Shown piece by piece: positions 19,601 through 31,800 of a stretch of 64,000 nucleotides of DNA. This DNA is from Fibrobacteria bacterium (GTDB taxonomy: Bacteria; Fibrobacterota; Fibrobacteria; UBA11236). Every line of letters begins with the position of its first letter. The stretch's first letter is position 1. Under the pieces are notes generated by a model. That model did not search any database, was not told where the DNA came from, and saw only the letters and a list, made by a program, of their open reading frames with translations. The position numbers and the translations under genes are program-made. Location: the NCBI GenBank assembly GCA_043745805.1, contig JAYTSD010000028.1, forward strand, positions 1 to 64,000. Reading direction: 5' to 3'.

Positions 19601-19678
19601 ATATCCAAACAATTCGATGTACATCCAGTTTTTAAAAATACTTGGGTCGAGGACCAATTGAAAGAAGGTGAACCGTGA
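16628..19678 (+). CDS. Large secreted T4SS-associated protein (Cys-containing N-terminal region, helical C-terminal region)
   Basis: Signal-like N-terminus; overlaps the virB4 stop; C-terminal ~250 aa amphipathic helical. Confidence 0.7.
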   Translation: MAAFSSNKVAFIGMLICMMLDLNYSQVSCNCMASDYYASEALPTASIVTSCPDWPANILTNGAKGNIITTPVQPYQGKLFLSQKLIPYSDGDVKTLSATIKGSKQDCQQIIRTTDEALSGWNIVLLNQWYTPVSGQWSRLANNIISALPGIMFIPLEENNAMQVKAFFQSNGKILPPTISGLQFGAYAKQYQLTTNPDITYSPYLKTTGQNRVNGVLTTQTLLNDIKKTLTANGWKQLDVGMIIVDGKWWPAIIKLFGKPGKVYAYYGRFTDGAEAKHYGYTTSDELYFSRRSLVPKEETEIFQPDIRYGSKIFKRDEVLQNRQFLEWHTECRCSDLPFNGDDRNMAKIESNNNWTPIAPDKPENSNPPMFVDCPDQRTYFTLYQTCVEKDLKENHFTPDPSGRINYSDYVASKVNASPVYKSVNPDGTIDHEDLSTDIMPETPAYYDKQGQRLNPSTEDFMDPFDANTVFYGFRHGPKSLFDWSGPKRNQYLINPKIHVVVNDMQSLFDSKINGSIVPLLNLFQITFDGSGNIQIPENSKHNPNEPLQAQANFASLELSITVPNPLDLNRPIKVLNASDKYLEYKSARTFLSQSLSGRPLRVQVWVNGRDWTDNLFGSNIEDYNFRVYWDYGLYAFNNHGDPEQVGTIHISNVFWRNSVDDGQNLVGEWMDEIHMEGGKLLSSADTYNLNSREAHTDLKSLHDRDPVTFEDKSEAVARIAYYIAVAEGLDMAMKWLYNQKDKPYIYESAKRLENMVAVKQSAKVAYAFYKSYIEWKRLMDILAEIRDSRRALERAYSRFKRSGGLLVDYFVNLEYSKIRPTNITMIYPTRAMRYFDWSANEFRNELMHFETSLHALNLDLDRFMDGPGKRTLAYIYRETGSSLAQIETINDRDRENTHKALKDAQAALGRGGDNTSNYIRLSSLTRLAIQKTRNTQVKSLEASTSGLRSVLIAIQSDSRDWLTMQDYVTHNLAGSPQALGQAYQDRDPGAISKQFDVHPVFKNTWVEDQLKEGEP

Positions 19679-20907
19679 AAGCATATATGCGAGGATTATT
19701 TCTGATTTTGCTTTTAGGTAACATGCAATTGTTCGCACAGAGTTCATCGATTTTAAAAAAGGCAACGAAGTATTTGCCATCCTTAACGGAAATTGGTTTT
19801 GTAACAGGTGCGATTAATTGCTATGTGCAAACGGCCACCTTAGTTCGAGCCGTGAATAAAGAAATTGTTTTGGCTAAAAGTATGTCACGTAGACTTGATG
19901 ACCTTAAAGATGAAACGGATAAGATGCTAGGACAATTTGGTTCACTCTCGAATATTAATCCTTATAGCATGGATTCTTGGGCCGCATGGTTAGATAGAGC
20001 CAATGGCTTAGTTACCGAAGAAACCAGCGACTTCACTGATATTTTATTTAATAGTGTGCTTAAAACCTTGGATGAAAGAATGACAGTAGGCTTTTACAGT
20101 CAGGTGAAGCGAGGTCTTTCTTATGATGCTTCTCAAGGCCAAATTAAAGAGGTATTACGAGCATATTACTTAAGTCGAGATTATGAAAATAATCATGATA
20201 AAATTCGCAAGATAGCCTTAAATGCAAAGCGGCTAAGTCTCTTAAGTAAACAAAGCGAATTATCTTCAATTCAAGCGGAAATTATAACCACCAATGATCC
20301 CGATACAAAAAATTCGCTGAGTATAAGGTATCAAACACTTGTGGGAGATATTCTTCAATTAGAAGATGAAATAAGAGACCCTGCTGTGGGAGGAACAGTG
20401 CTTGATAGACAGATTTCTTTTTTGATGGATATGGCGCAAAACTTGGGAGGGGAGATAAGCACGGCATCGTCTGAATTGGATATGCATCAAAAAGATTTGG
20501 CAGACCTTAATGCAGAATGGGCTTTGGCTTCAAAGGATAAATTGCCGAAATCAAAAGATAGAAGCGTTTCTAATAAACCTGTCCCTATAATTAGGGATTT
20601 ATATAGCGCAACGGATGCGGATAAAGTCCCGACTCCTACAAATAATATTCCTAAACCCATAAAACAAAACACTTCGGAAACGTCATCACCAACTACTTTG
20701 GCCGACCTTTTGTCTCTACAAAATAAAATTGAGTTTAAAAGATTAGAGATGATGGAAAGTGCCATGCATATGGCTTTGAATGTGGCTCAGACAAAGGCTG
20801 CTCTGATTGCGGTGGATGCCTATCAAGCAGAGGCCAAAAGGAATCAGCGGAGTAATGTTCATTTTGAAGCTGAAAATTTGAGTAATGTGATTCAGCATGA
20901 AAAATGA
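19675..20907 (+). CDS. Secreted all-helical T4SS-associated protein (VirB5/TrbJ-like candidate)
   Basis: Signal peptide, coiled-coil character, translationally coupled within the tra operon. Confidence 0.6.
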   Translation: MKAYMRGLFLILLLGNMQLFAQSSSILKKATKYLPSLTEIGFVTGAINCYVQTATLVRAVNKEIVLAKSMSRRLDDLKDETDKMLGQFGSLSNINPYSMDSWAAWLDRANGLVTEETSDFTDILFNSVLKTLDERMTVGFYSQVKRGLSYDASQGQIKEVLRAYYLSRDYENNHDKIRKIALNAKRLSLLSKQSELSSIQAEIITTNDPDTKNSLSIRYQTLVGDILQLEDEIRDPAVGGTVLDRQISFLMDMAQNLGGEISTASSELDMHQKDLADLNAEWALASKDKLPKSKDRSVSNKPVPIIRDLYSATDADKVPTPTNNIPKPIKQNTSETSSPTTLADLLSLQNKIEFKRLEMMESAMHMALNVAQTKAALIAVDAYQAEAKRNQRSNVHFEAENLSNVIQHEK

Positions 20908-21253
20908 TTTCCCTAAGTTTTATCACCCAATAAAGACACCTTTGATTTAGAACACATCGATTTTACCCAATGTTTTTTTAAAATTTTTCTTTTTCTATTG
21001 CCATTAATCGCCAAAATTTGATTGTTTCAGGCAGATTCAAAGTTTGAAAAACCATTTTTGTAAGCAAAATGTATGAAGAAAATTTTCGCAAAGTATATGT
21101 ACTAAATACTTAAGAGTACGTGATCACTAATATATTACACTAGTAAAAAATCCTATTATGACAGGGATACCCTGAAGTCATTGCGTTATGGGGACGATGA
21201 ATAATTCATTAGAAAGCGAAAAAGGTTAGAATTATTAATCAATTATTTTTTTA

Positions 21254-21281
21254 TTGACATTTAAGAATTTATACATATATT
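21254..21281 (+). promoter_or_regulatory. Putative sigma70 promoter of the cargo cassette
   Basis: TTGACA (21254) N16 TATATT, ~40 bp upstream of the ATG at 21321. Confidence 0.4.
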
Positions 21282-21320
21282 TTTTTCAGTTCCGTTATAG
21301 CATTTAATTAAGGACAAAGT

Positions 21321-22004
21321 ATGCGACTCGTTTTGATGGCCCTTCTGGGTATTCCATTATTTATTTCTGCATTAACTTTAGACGATATACAGCAGGCGCT
21401 TGTATCCCATCCAGTAACTGATACGCTTGATATGCGAGTTGAAGTTGTTGCAGCGTCCGGTACATTTAGTTCTTCAACAAAAATGCATTTGATTACTAAA
21501 AGCCTAAATAAGACTTGGGTTGAATTAGAAAGTCCTATGGGAACCCAAAGATTCACTAAGAATGGTTTGCAGTACAAAGTAGAGGATGTTAAATCTGGCA
21601 AAGTTGTTTATCCGAATCAGGCCCCTATGGGTTTGAACTCCGTAGGTAATGTGACTAATCCGAATTCAGATATATTGAGGAAGGGGCAGTATACTCAGCC
21701 AGTTTCTAAGAGTGATGGTATTTTTGAATTAAAAATGATTATTGGTAGTGATACCACTGTAAAGGCAAGGATAGTCAAGTACGATAAAAATTTCAAACAG
21801 ATTGTTGGAATTGATGAAGTTTCCAAAGATGATGACACAACTAATACAATTATTAAATACAGCAAAGGGAGTTCTGGGGAGTTTCCCAAAAAAATTGAAA
21901 TTGTTATGCATTCCAAAGGGGCGGTTTCGAATGTAACTGTTTCAATTCTTAGCGCTATCAAACCAAAAAATCTTGGGGACGCTTTGTTTCAGGTGAATCA
22001 ATGA
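21321..22004 (+). CDS. Secreted beta-rich protein, LolA-like / outer-membrane lipoprotein-sorting fold candidate
   Basis: Signal peptide; beta-meander pattern ('NKTWVELESPMGTQRF', 'IVGIDEV', 'FPKKIEI'); ends 'LGDALF'. Confidence 0.5.
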   Translation: MRLVLMALLGIPLFISALTLDDIQQALVSHPVTDTLDMRVEVVAASGTFSSSTKMHLITKSLNKTWVELESPMGTQRFTKNGLQYKVEDVKSGKVVYPNQAPMGLNSVGNVTNPNSDILRKGQYTQPVSKSDGIFELKMIIGSDTTVKARIVKYDKNFKQIVGIDEVSKDDDTTNTIIKYSKGSSGEFPKKIEIVMHSKGAVSNVTVSILSAIKPKNLGDALFQVNQ

Positions 22005-22828
22005 TTCGCCGCATTCTTATTACTGCTCTGGCTCCTTTTATTTTATTATCGGGCTTGTCCGCTCAAGGCCTTTGGCATCTATCTGGGGTGGCTTGTAAGG
22101 TTGATAGCGGCAAGACTACATTTTTTTTCCTTGATCAAGTTGGATCAGATAAGGCCGCAAAAAATGGATGGCTTGGAGGTTACTCTCTTTCACAGGGTCC
22201 ACTATCAATAGATACCTTAATCTCATGGGCACAGTTCGGAGACCGTTTTAGTACGAATAGAAATCAGGAATGTATTGCTGGGGATTCGGGTAGTGTTTTC
22301 TCCACGGAAATCACTACTGGCAGTGGAGAAAAATCGAGATTTTCGAATGATGGTCATTGGAATAATTATAAGCTTTTTGATAATGGCGTTATTTCTTCTT
22401 CTTTTGATCTTCGATCTGCTTCTGGTTTAGGTTGGGAGTTCCCCAAAACCTCACCTGAAATAGGAAGTACTTCTATTTTTGATTCATCAGCTGAACTGTC
22501 TTGTCAAGTACCTGGTCCACAGGGAGAGAAATATACTGCGAGAGGAGTTTGGAAAACTTCAGTTCCAGTAAAAGTCAATATTAAATCTCGGCATTACGAA
22601 AATCCTGTAATGGCATATTATTTGGAAACACAATTTATTCCACAAAACTATCGTCGGGGATCAGCCACAATCTTATCCCAGCTTGAAGGGTTTCCTCAGT
22701 ATGTGAAGCGTAAATTTACAGGAAGAAAAATTTCCATTCTAATTCCTGGGACTGGTATTATTGCAAGCTTAAGCGAAGAAAATTCCAATGACGAGCGAAA
22801 ATGGAAAGTGGTCGTTTATGAATATTAA
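22001..22828 (+). CDS. Secreted hypothetical protein
   Basis: Signal peptide ending 'LSA'; start overlaps the upstream stop (ATGA). Confidence 0.7.
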   Translation: MIRRILITALAPFILLSGLSAQGLWHLSGVACKVDSGKTTFFFLDQVGSDKAAKNGWLGGYSLSQGPLSIDTLISWAQFGDRFSTNRNQECIAGDSGSVFSTEITTGSGEKSRFSNDGHWNNYKLFDNGVISSSFDLRSASGLGWEFPKTSPEIGSTSIFDSSAELSCQVPGPQGEKYTARGVWKTSVPVKVNIKSRHYENPVMAYYLETQFIPQNYRRGSATILSQLEGFPQYVKRKFTGRKISILIPGTGIIASLSEENSNDERKWKVVVYEY

Positions 22829-22888
22829 TTCGCAAAGTGTATTGTTATTTATTTCCCAAGTGCAAAAAATATGGATTGGAATACTCTC

Positions 22889-25800
22889 ATGAAGCGCATT
22901 TTTATTCTTTGTATCACTTTAGCATTTGGATGGACCCATGCTTGGAAACCCCAAGAACCAATAGGCAAAGTATTAATTATCATGGCCGCAGGAATTAATC
23001 CAAATACAGGGGACCTTTATAAATCTACTCCGGCGTCAAGGAAGAATCACAAAGGTGATTTACCATGCAGTGATGAAAGTGGGCATGCACATATTTTCAG
23101 ATCTTATGGGGTGACGAGTTTTTTAGAAAAAAATGTCGCTCGCTCGATCAATGAATTACATGCCCAAGCATTTCCAGATGCAAGCGGATCACCAATCGAA
23201 GAAGTACCTTGGTTGGCGTCTCGGACATTTTCCTTAGATCGCGAATGCGATGGTGATCGAACAACGTTCGTAGCAAAAGATGGAAAAGTAATTTGGGGAG
23301 TTGAAGCTTCGACAGGAGTTCATAACTATACTGTTAAAAGTTTTTTTGAGCAGGCAGTTATTCGATGGTACGAGGGAGAACTTCTTAAGTTTCAATCGAA
23401 TGACAAATCAGGAGACCCTGATGTTTTTAAATGGATTGGTGATTTTAAAATCGCGAAAGGTATTTATCCTTCGCTAACGGATATGCGTGCGGGGAGCCGT
23501 GAATTAGTGCCCTCTCGATATATTATCATAGCACATAGTATGGGAGGAAATACTACCAGAGAATATGTGCATTCACCTATTTATGCTGGTGATGTTGATA
23601 AATTAATCACTCTTGATACTCCACATGAAGGATCGTATCTCGTTGATATAAATAAAGAAATAGTAGATCACGACGCGCTAGCGATAAAAATAGTTTCCCA
23701 AGATATTGCTCAATTCGCATTAGGAGGACTAATTCTTTATTTGTCGAACAATAAGGTGGGCGATGATATAGGATGGGGAATAATTATTTCCACCGCGCTC
23801 ACTTCTTTAATAGAGCCGATTGCAAAAGTAACATTTGCAAATACATTATGCATGGGATATGGCTATAGCAACGGTGCTAACAGTTACTTGAGTCCAAGTA
23901 ATCCAGACCAAACTATTCAAAAACTTAATAATGATGTTACTGTAGGGAATGGATTTCGCCACCCCGCCTATCGAATTTTTCATAATGAAGGTTTGGTTTC
24001 ACCAGGAAATCCATCTTTGCTTATTGGAAATGCTGAGGGACCATTTGGACTTTTGTATCCTAAGGCATTTGAAGGGCTTCTAGCGACAACTTTTCATTCA
24101 GGTGTGCAAGATTATGTACGCACTCCTAATGAGCAAAAATTTTCTAATGCAATTCTTGCTGGTCTAATGGGTGGTGCGGCTCAGTTAAATTTTTCCAATC
24201 AAGGAACTATCGCGGTAAATGCCTCAAGCAGCAAGGGTAATGCAGTTAAAGCGTTCCAGCTTCCAGATGCAGACCTTAAGCGATATCTTTTTTCCCTTGA
24301 TGGCAGTGCAATCGTACCGGGAAGTTTTGAAGAGCTGCCGGGTGCACTTCCATCCCTTTTGTTTAAAGGTTGGATAGAGTCTGTATTAGCTAATGCAGCT
24401 TTAAATTCATTATCAGTACCTCAGCCATGGGTAAAGTGGTTGAAATGGCCTGCTTCAATGGCTATGGCATATGTACTTGAATCGAAGGCAGGTAAAGGAC
24501 AACGTGAAACTATAGGGAAAAATGACCAAGTGACCGCTGCGAATGCAAAATCTTGGACCGATTTTTTATCGTTGGATTTCTTAAAAGATTTCAGTCCGAT
24601 GCCTACTACTCATGATTATTCAACAGTACATTCAACGGATAAGTTAGAAACTCGCTCGATAAAAGATCCATTAGGAAATACTATCAGCAATGATGTTTCT
24701 TTTCTCGAGGATGCGCTTTGGGAAAAACCGTATGCAAACATGAGTAGTGTCGCATCTTCAGACAATATTTCACTTAATCTGGGGATTGTGGCAGGTGGGA
24801 AGTCTATATACCAAGTAAAACAATCAGATATAGTTTCTCCTAATAATGAAATCGATTTTACCAAGTTCAATTGGCAAGAACGAATTGGAGTTAAATCAGA
24901 TGAATGGGGGAAGGCTCCGGGCAGCACTATTGATGTTCGACATCCTAAAACCTATTTTTTACCACCAAGCCCTTTAGTTACAACAATGCCTGATGAGTTT
25001 CAATTTGTAGTTGATGACTTGCGACCAGATTTAATGCCTCTTTTTAGCATCGATTTTAATTATGGAAAATTTGTTTTGACTTGGAAGCTTAATTCTACTA
25101 CAGGTAAGTATGATGTAATTCGTCAGGCGTTTGGTGAGGCTGGTCCGACTACTATTCTGACAGGGGTTGCAAGTCCAATTGATTTTAAAGGAAATTGGAA
25201 AGTATCTCTGCTAGCAGATAAAATACTGGCTCAAGGCAGGCCATTAGCATCCGTATACAACGATGGTCAAAATACGATTTCGCTTTTTATGTTTAATAAA
25301 GCTGGAATGAGTAATACGCAAAGATTTTTTATCACCTTTCAGGCAACTCCTCCGTTAATTACTATGAATTGGCCGCTTCCAGATGTTGTTATTTCAGGAA
25401 CAAAACCACTTATTGAAGCGTCGGTAAATTTACAGGCCTATGCAAACTTGTTTGCCAATAAAGACAAAACATTTTTCAGAATTTATCCTCGTTCAACTAG
25501 TGCAGGACCCATTGATGGTGGCGCGGGAGTTGCGCAGATTCCTTTCGATAATGTAGCTACAGCGGATTGGGGCAAAAATGTATTTATACTAAAACATAAA
25601 TGGACTACTGGTTCAATCTCTCTAACTGGGCCTTTGTGGTTGGAGATTCAACTGGCTACACAGCAAGTCGATCCCATTACACATCTAGTTACCTCTCAAG
25701 GAGCAACGGAAATCCGTCGTATTCCTTTTTCTATAGATAATGTTCCGCCTGTACTTTCAATTTCACCTTCAAATCGAACCTGGAATTTAGTATCAAACTC

Positions 25801-28800
25801 ATCTTTGCGATTTGACTATAGTTTTCAGGATCCGCCACTGCAAGTAATGACGACTTCTAGGTGGCGTATTTTCGATGCAGCGAATATAAAAGTTTTTGAA
25901 TCCCAACCACTTCCACGATATTCAGGGCAAACCTCAAGTTTTTTTTGGGATGGAAAAAATACTTCAGGAATAAGTAAAGAAGGGTTATATACAGTAACCT
26001 ACGAGGGATTTGATCAAACCGTAACAGACAAAACAACTTATGCGCAAGCCCAAAATCTGCAAACTTTAGCAACAGGGCCTGTTAACGCTGCATTTGAAAC
26101 CGCTTGGAACGGATTAAATACAAAGGTAGGGTTTAACCTTGGAAAGGCCCAATCTCAAGTGTATTTGGATTTAACGCCACCATCATTTGTAATGGATAAT
26201 TTTACAGCTTTGGTTTCTTCGGCAAACCGACAAATAATTCATTTTCGAATTGCTGATGCTAGTTCCATACTTCCCAGTGCGCAAAGTAAAGTTACTTGGA
26301 CATTCACTCGAAAATATCTAGGTGGCACAGAAGTCATACCCGTTGAAATGTTACCTATTATTACAACATCGTCTTTAGGTAACGCATCTGTTTTAACATT
26401 AGAAGAATCCCTTGATGAAGGGGGATGGAAGCTTAATGATGGTAGTTATGATTTAAGTGTAACGGTTACCGATGAAGCGGGCAATATTAATGAAGATAAA
26501 ACCAGATTGTGGTCTTTTCGAGTTGATCGTAAAGCTCCGGTAATCGACGGTCTTAAGACTAATGAATTAACTTTTCAATCGAAATCAATGTCATCTAATC
26601 CACAGGTATTGTTTGATATAACTGAACCGGATGAAGATTTAGCCAATCAAGAAACAAATCCTTCCGCATTTCTTACGCGTATGAAGGTAACTTTAGTTTC
26701 TCCCATAGCAGGCGCTCCCATATTAGCCTTGATTCCATCGTACTCTGCTGAAACTAAATTTTCAACACCTTTGCCAAAGGATTTACTTGCAACGGGTAAG
26801 GGTGTTTGGACAGCAAAAGTTGAAGTTTCCGATGCGATAGGTAACAAATCTGCTACCTCACATCAGTTTTGGGTCGATTTACGACCATCTGAAATTAGCT
26901 ATCCGAAAACGAGTGATGCTACACCTACAGCCGTTGTTGAAGCATCGCAAACGGTTATTCGTGGTCTTGCATTGAATCCAGCTCTTTCAGGGAAATTGGA
27001 GTACTATGAATTGGTTTGGCGGCCGCTAGGACAGACTACTTGGAAAACCACAGGAATAACTGTTCCTGAATCACGTCGTGGAAGTGCCGGTATAGCTAAT
27101 CGATCTTATTTGGAACAATCAATAGATGGAGTGTTAGGGTATTGGAATCTTTCTGCATTAGCTACGGGAAGTTATCAATTAGGTTTAAAAACTCATCAAA
27201 AGGAAGAAAATATTGATGGTTTGGTCATAAAGGAAATCCTTTATACTCCCTCTACTGTCCTTCCTGATTTCACTGTAAGCTTAAAAGGTTTGCCTGCATC
27301 AGGAACATCTTTTAGTGCGGGATCACCTATGGATTTAAGTCTTTCTATCGCTCCAAAAGGGGTTTGGCCAGTTTCCAAAGGGGATGGAGTAAGTGCTGAG
27401 CGGCATTTTCGGGCAGATATTTTTCTAGCGGATGCTTTGGGTCAACCAATGGCAGAGTTTCCTACTCAGTCTTTAAAGGCATCTTATTTTTCCGGTGTGC
27501 CAGTCAACAAAACCGCTGCAGGGGTTTATCTCTGGCATGATGGTGATGGCACTTGGAATCTTCAAACCAAAAATATTGCTGATAATCTCCAGTTTTCTAT
27601 TGGATATAATTCATTAGAACCGATGTCGTTTGATTGCGTAGCGCCAATGTCTTGCGAAGAAAATACGATCATGGAAAGGACAATGAATCTTCCTCAGGAA
27701 AAATCCGTTATAGTAAACCGTAATTTAACGATTTTAGTAAATAAAGGCAGTAATGGTTTAATGACTTTTAAATTGCCCTCACGTGCAATATTTTCTGTGA
27801 TGAAACTGTTGCCTACAGATGCCCCGGATGGTACCACAAATCTTTATCCGGCTTCCACATTTTATTTAGGACAAGATGCTAAGACCACATTCTCTAATGG
27901 TATTGCAGGGATGGTAGTACCACCTTTTGCTCTGGATCCAATGCCTTCCTCTTATAATTTTAGTTGGAATGGTTTTCTCCAGACTAATGGTTTTCCTGCC
28001 CCAGGTAAAGCGACTGTTAAAATTGAAGTTGTCGATGAAGAAACCGGATTGACTCGCGAGGCGGCAGGCACCATACTAATTGGTCAAACTCCTTTAAAGT
28101 TGGAAGTACCCACCTCAAGTCCTACAACACTTTTGTTTGAGCCTGGAAGCGATTTGTCTCGCATAACTTTTAATTATGGAATAACCGGTCAGGCAGGATT
28201 GATAACGGCAGGTATAAAAGATGCAAGTGGTAAAGTGATTCATCTCTTCTTTCAAGACCAGCCTCGTCAGCCCAGCTCAAATAAACTCGCTTATTCAGAA
28301 ACATGGAATGGAATATGCAATCAAGGCGATATGAACGGATTATCGGTTAAAGCTGATCAAACGCTCACCTTTTTCGTGGAAGCTAAAGGGCTTCCTACTG
28401 CCACAGTTACTTTAGCCTTCCCAGTACAATCGGTAAACTGGCAAAAAGGTGGTTCAGGATATGATTTCAAGGTAGACGGTGGCACTATTATAGGTGACAA
28501 GACTTATATAAAAGCCCAACCCTTGTATCGTCTCATGGCTGAAGCTAAAGGTGATTATGCTGATGCTACTGTCGTTAATTATAATGTCAACTATTCAGGA
28601 GAACAACAAGGAATACAATATGAATCCGAACGTTATAATTTATGGATTCAGCGCAAACGGAATACATTTAAGGCGACCGTATTTGTATGGTTCCGATCTA
28701 GTGAGGCGTATTTTAGAGATACCCCATGGTATTTAACATGCGATAAAAGCAGTGTCCCTGACTTCACGGATAGATTCGATAAATTTGAAGTCACCCTAAA

Positions 28801-31800
28801 TAAGGGAGAAGAAATCGATCTAAATATGATTTACGGATCGAAAGGAAAAGATTTTGTTTTCAGATGTCTTGGTGATAATTGTCAAGAAGATCTTTTAAGA
28901 ACAGTGTCCATTGCTGTGCTGCCGGGATCCATTGATGAACTAATCCCTTCGGGATCCTATGCGAACAAAGTGGCACAATGGGATCGGCTCGAAACCAAGG
29001 CTCTTTATAAAATTAATAATATCCAATTATTCAATAATAAAATTTATCAAAACGGGCCGACTCCGAATGTAGATGACCCAAGAGGCTGGACGCTTGGTGC
29101 AGGATCAGTTGCCTATCAACCTGGAGATTGGTTCAGAAACACTGTGAAAGTCGATCCTGCTAATCCTTATAAGGTGGAAGACCATTGCAAGTTCAAAGTG
29201 GATCCCACAAGTCACGAAGGCACTCCATTGGTGGATGACAAAAATGACGGTGTTTTTTCCTCCAAGAGTGATAAATGCGAGGATAATACACAGTATGATC
29301 CGGAAGATAATTTGCTCAATTATTCTTTCGATTTTGGGAAAGATAATGGCAGTTGGCCCTATGATAATAAAGATCCTACTACTTGCACACCGGATCATAA
29401 TCATATAAAGGTAGGCTTTATTTTGAAGCTTAAGGTTCCAAATGAATATTGGGATGCACCCTTTGGTTATAATAACCAAGCCAATAAATCTATGCGTTGG
29501 GATCCCAAAAACACTTATCTATTTGGGCAGGGTACGGGTATTTTCTCTAAAGACGGTTGGAACAATAGGCAAAACAAAAAAGGCGATGACCCTGAAGATT
29601 ACTTTGGATTCATTAATCCTTTTGAACAGGCTAGTTTTAATTTGCTCCCTTATAGTAAAACTCCATTTTTAGGGGCAAACGGAATTATTTCCGGAATTCC
29701 TTATTTTGCCATCCACCCTCTTAGTTTTGGTGACGAAGAATATTCACAAAGTATGCCAAATTCGCGATTGGAAATTGGATTCAATGGCAAACCAAATGGC
29801 AACTCATCGCAATTCGATTTACAAATTGGTAGATCTGAATGTAAGGGCTTGGCTATCGAATGCAAAGAAAATAATTCAGTAAATGTACTGTCCCTCAATA
29901 GCAAGCTTAATCAATGGGACAATGGAAGAGTTACTCTGAAGGATTTTCAATTTGGCTATTCCGAGCTCGCTAACTCAACATTTTTAGGATCAATTGCCGG
30001 AGCATTATTCGGAAGTGCGAGTAGTGCTATCGTGACCAATCATAGTTATAACTGGTTTTTCCGATTAACCTTACGCGCGTCGTTAAATGAATCAGCTGCA
30101 AAAACGAAAAGTATGCTATGGCCAAATGTAGGAGCATTGCCAACTCCAGTTAAAAATGTATTAATTGAACCTTATTGCCAAAAATTATATTCTTCCGTTT
30201 CCAATCTTCACTATGGAGTTGGTGATGGAATAACCAACAGTGGAAGTTATACCACTCTTTTAAATCTCGGTGGTCCGTATGTTAGAGCAGATGGATTTTT
30301 CAAAAACCCCTCCGATCCAGATTTTATTAATCCTGAAAATGAACCTGTCGAATTGTCAAAAATAAATAATGCGTCATTAAATTCAGGAAATGTTCCTCTT
30401 ACACTTAATCCTACCACCAAAATTTTGGAGTTCAGAGATTATGTTCATTTTATAAAACCGACAGGAAGCGTATCATATTCGAATATTCAAGCTGGAGTTG
30501 AGTTTGGAAAAAATGTGACAGTAGCAACTGCAATACCAAGTTTGGCACCGCTAAGAACGGAACAAGAAAATGGCAATAATGTTGTAGTGTTTTCGGGTGG
30601 GAAAACTATTCCTTGGTCAGGCAAAGATGATGAAAATATGGCTAATCGTGATCTTGATGGCGATGGTGTAAAAGGCGAAGAACCACTTAACTTTGCAGAT
30701 GACGATGTCGATAATTTTGTGGATGAGGATGTTCCTGGGGCATTATCTTCATTACTTTCTTTTACTCCTGGCTTGATAACTGAAAATATTAACTTCAAAC
30801 AAAAGTTATACGAACCTAGTTTAACCGTAAGGGGAAAGGGTGCTCACGCACTCATTCAATATTCATCAGCAACACCTAGTATACCTAGTATAAATCCGCT
30901 AGTATCGGGAGTAAATTTGGCTTTTTCGGTAAGATACCCTGATGGTACCGCACGTGACGATATTTCTGCATCAATACCCACGGGTAATTTTAATCCTATG
31001 TTGGGAACGATTAATATTAAACACAATAATTTTAATTGGACAAAGAGCAAAGAGTTTGTCGCTTTAAAAGGTACAGTACCAGGGCATTATGATCTCGAAT
31101 ATGTAGATAAAGATGGAAGAATACAACTTTTTGGTTCTTCTATGAAGAAGGTTACTACAGAACGAATATTGGGATATTTACCCATTGAAAAGCTACAAGG
31201 TAGAACCAGTTTGTTTCTTATTAATTATTTGGACAATGGTAAGGTGGAATACCGTCAATTGGATGTTGAAGTAGGAACTCCCGTTTTACCGACAGCCGTG
31301 ACAGATGTATCGTCAGAATTCGGTGAGGCAAATGTTCATTTTGAAGCGGGAGTATTGACGCAAACACAGGCCGTTACCGTACGCGTAACTAATGTTGCTG
31401 ATGCGGGTCTGGCTTTACGTAACAACCTTTCCGCGGTTGGGCCAGTAATTGAGGTATTACCTCATCAGGTTTTTGATCCAACAAAACCCCTACCACAAAT
31501 TTTTATGCGCATACCATTTTTTGTATTAGCGGGAAGAGATCCTAGTAGTATTCGACTATTCAAACCAGATGGAGACAATTTAGTGGAGTTGTCAAATCAA
31601 CAATATGCATTTTATATAAATGATGGTACCCAGGTTTGTGTTGGCAATGCATCTGGAATTTGTAGCACATTTGACATAATGCAAATCAGCGCTAGTACAC
31701 CCAGTTTCAGCCATTTTGTGGCTTTAGAAAAATTTGCTACTCAAACTCAGCCTTTTACATTGAGTGTAACTCCTGACAGAAGTATGGATCCCGTAAGGCA

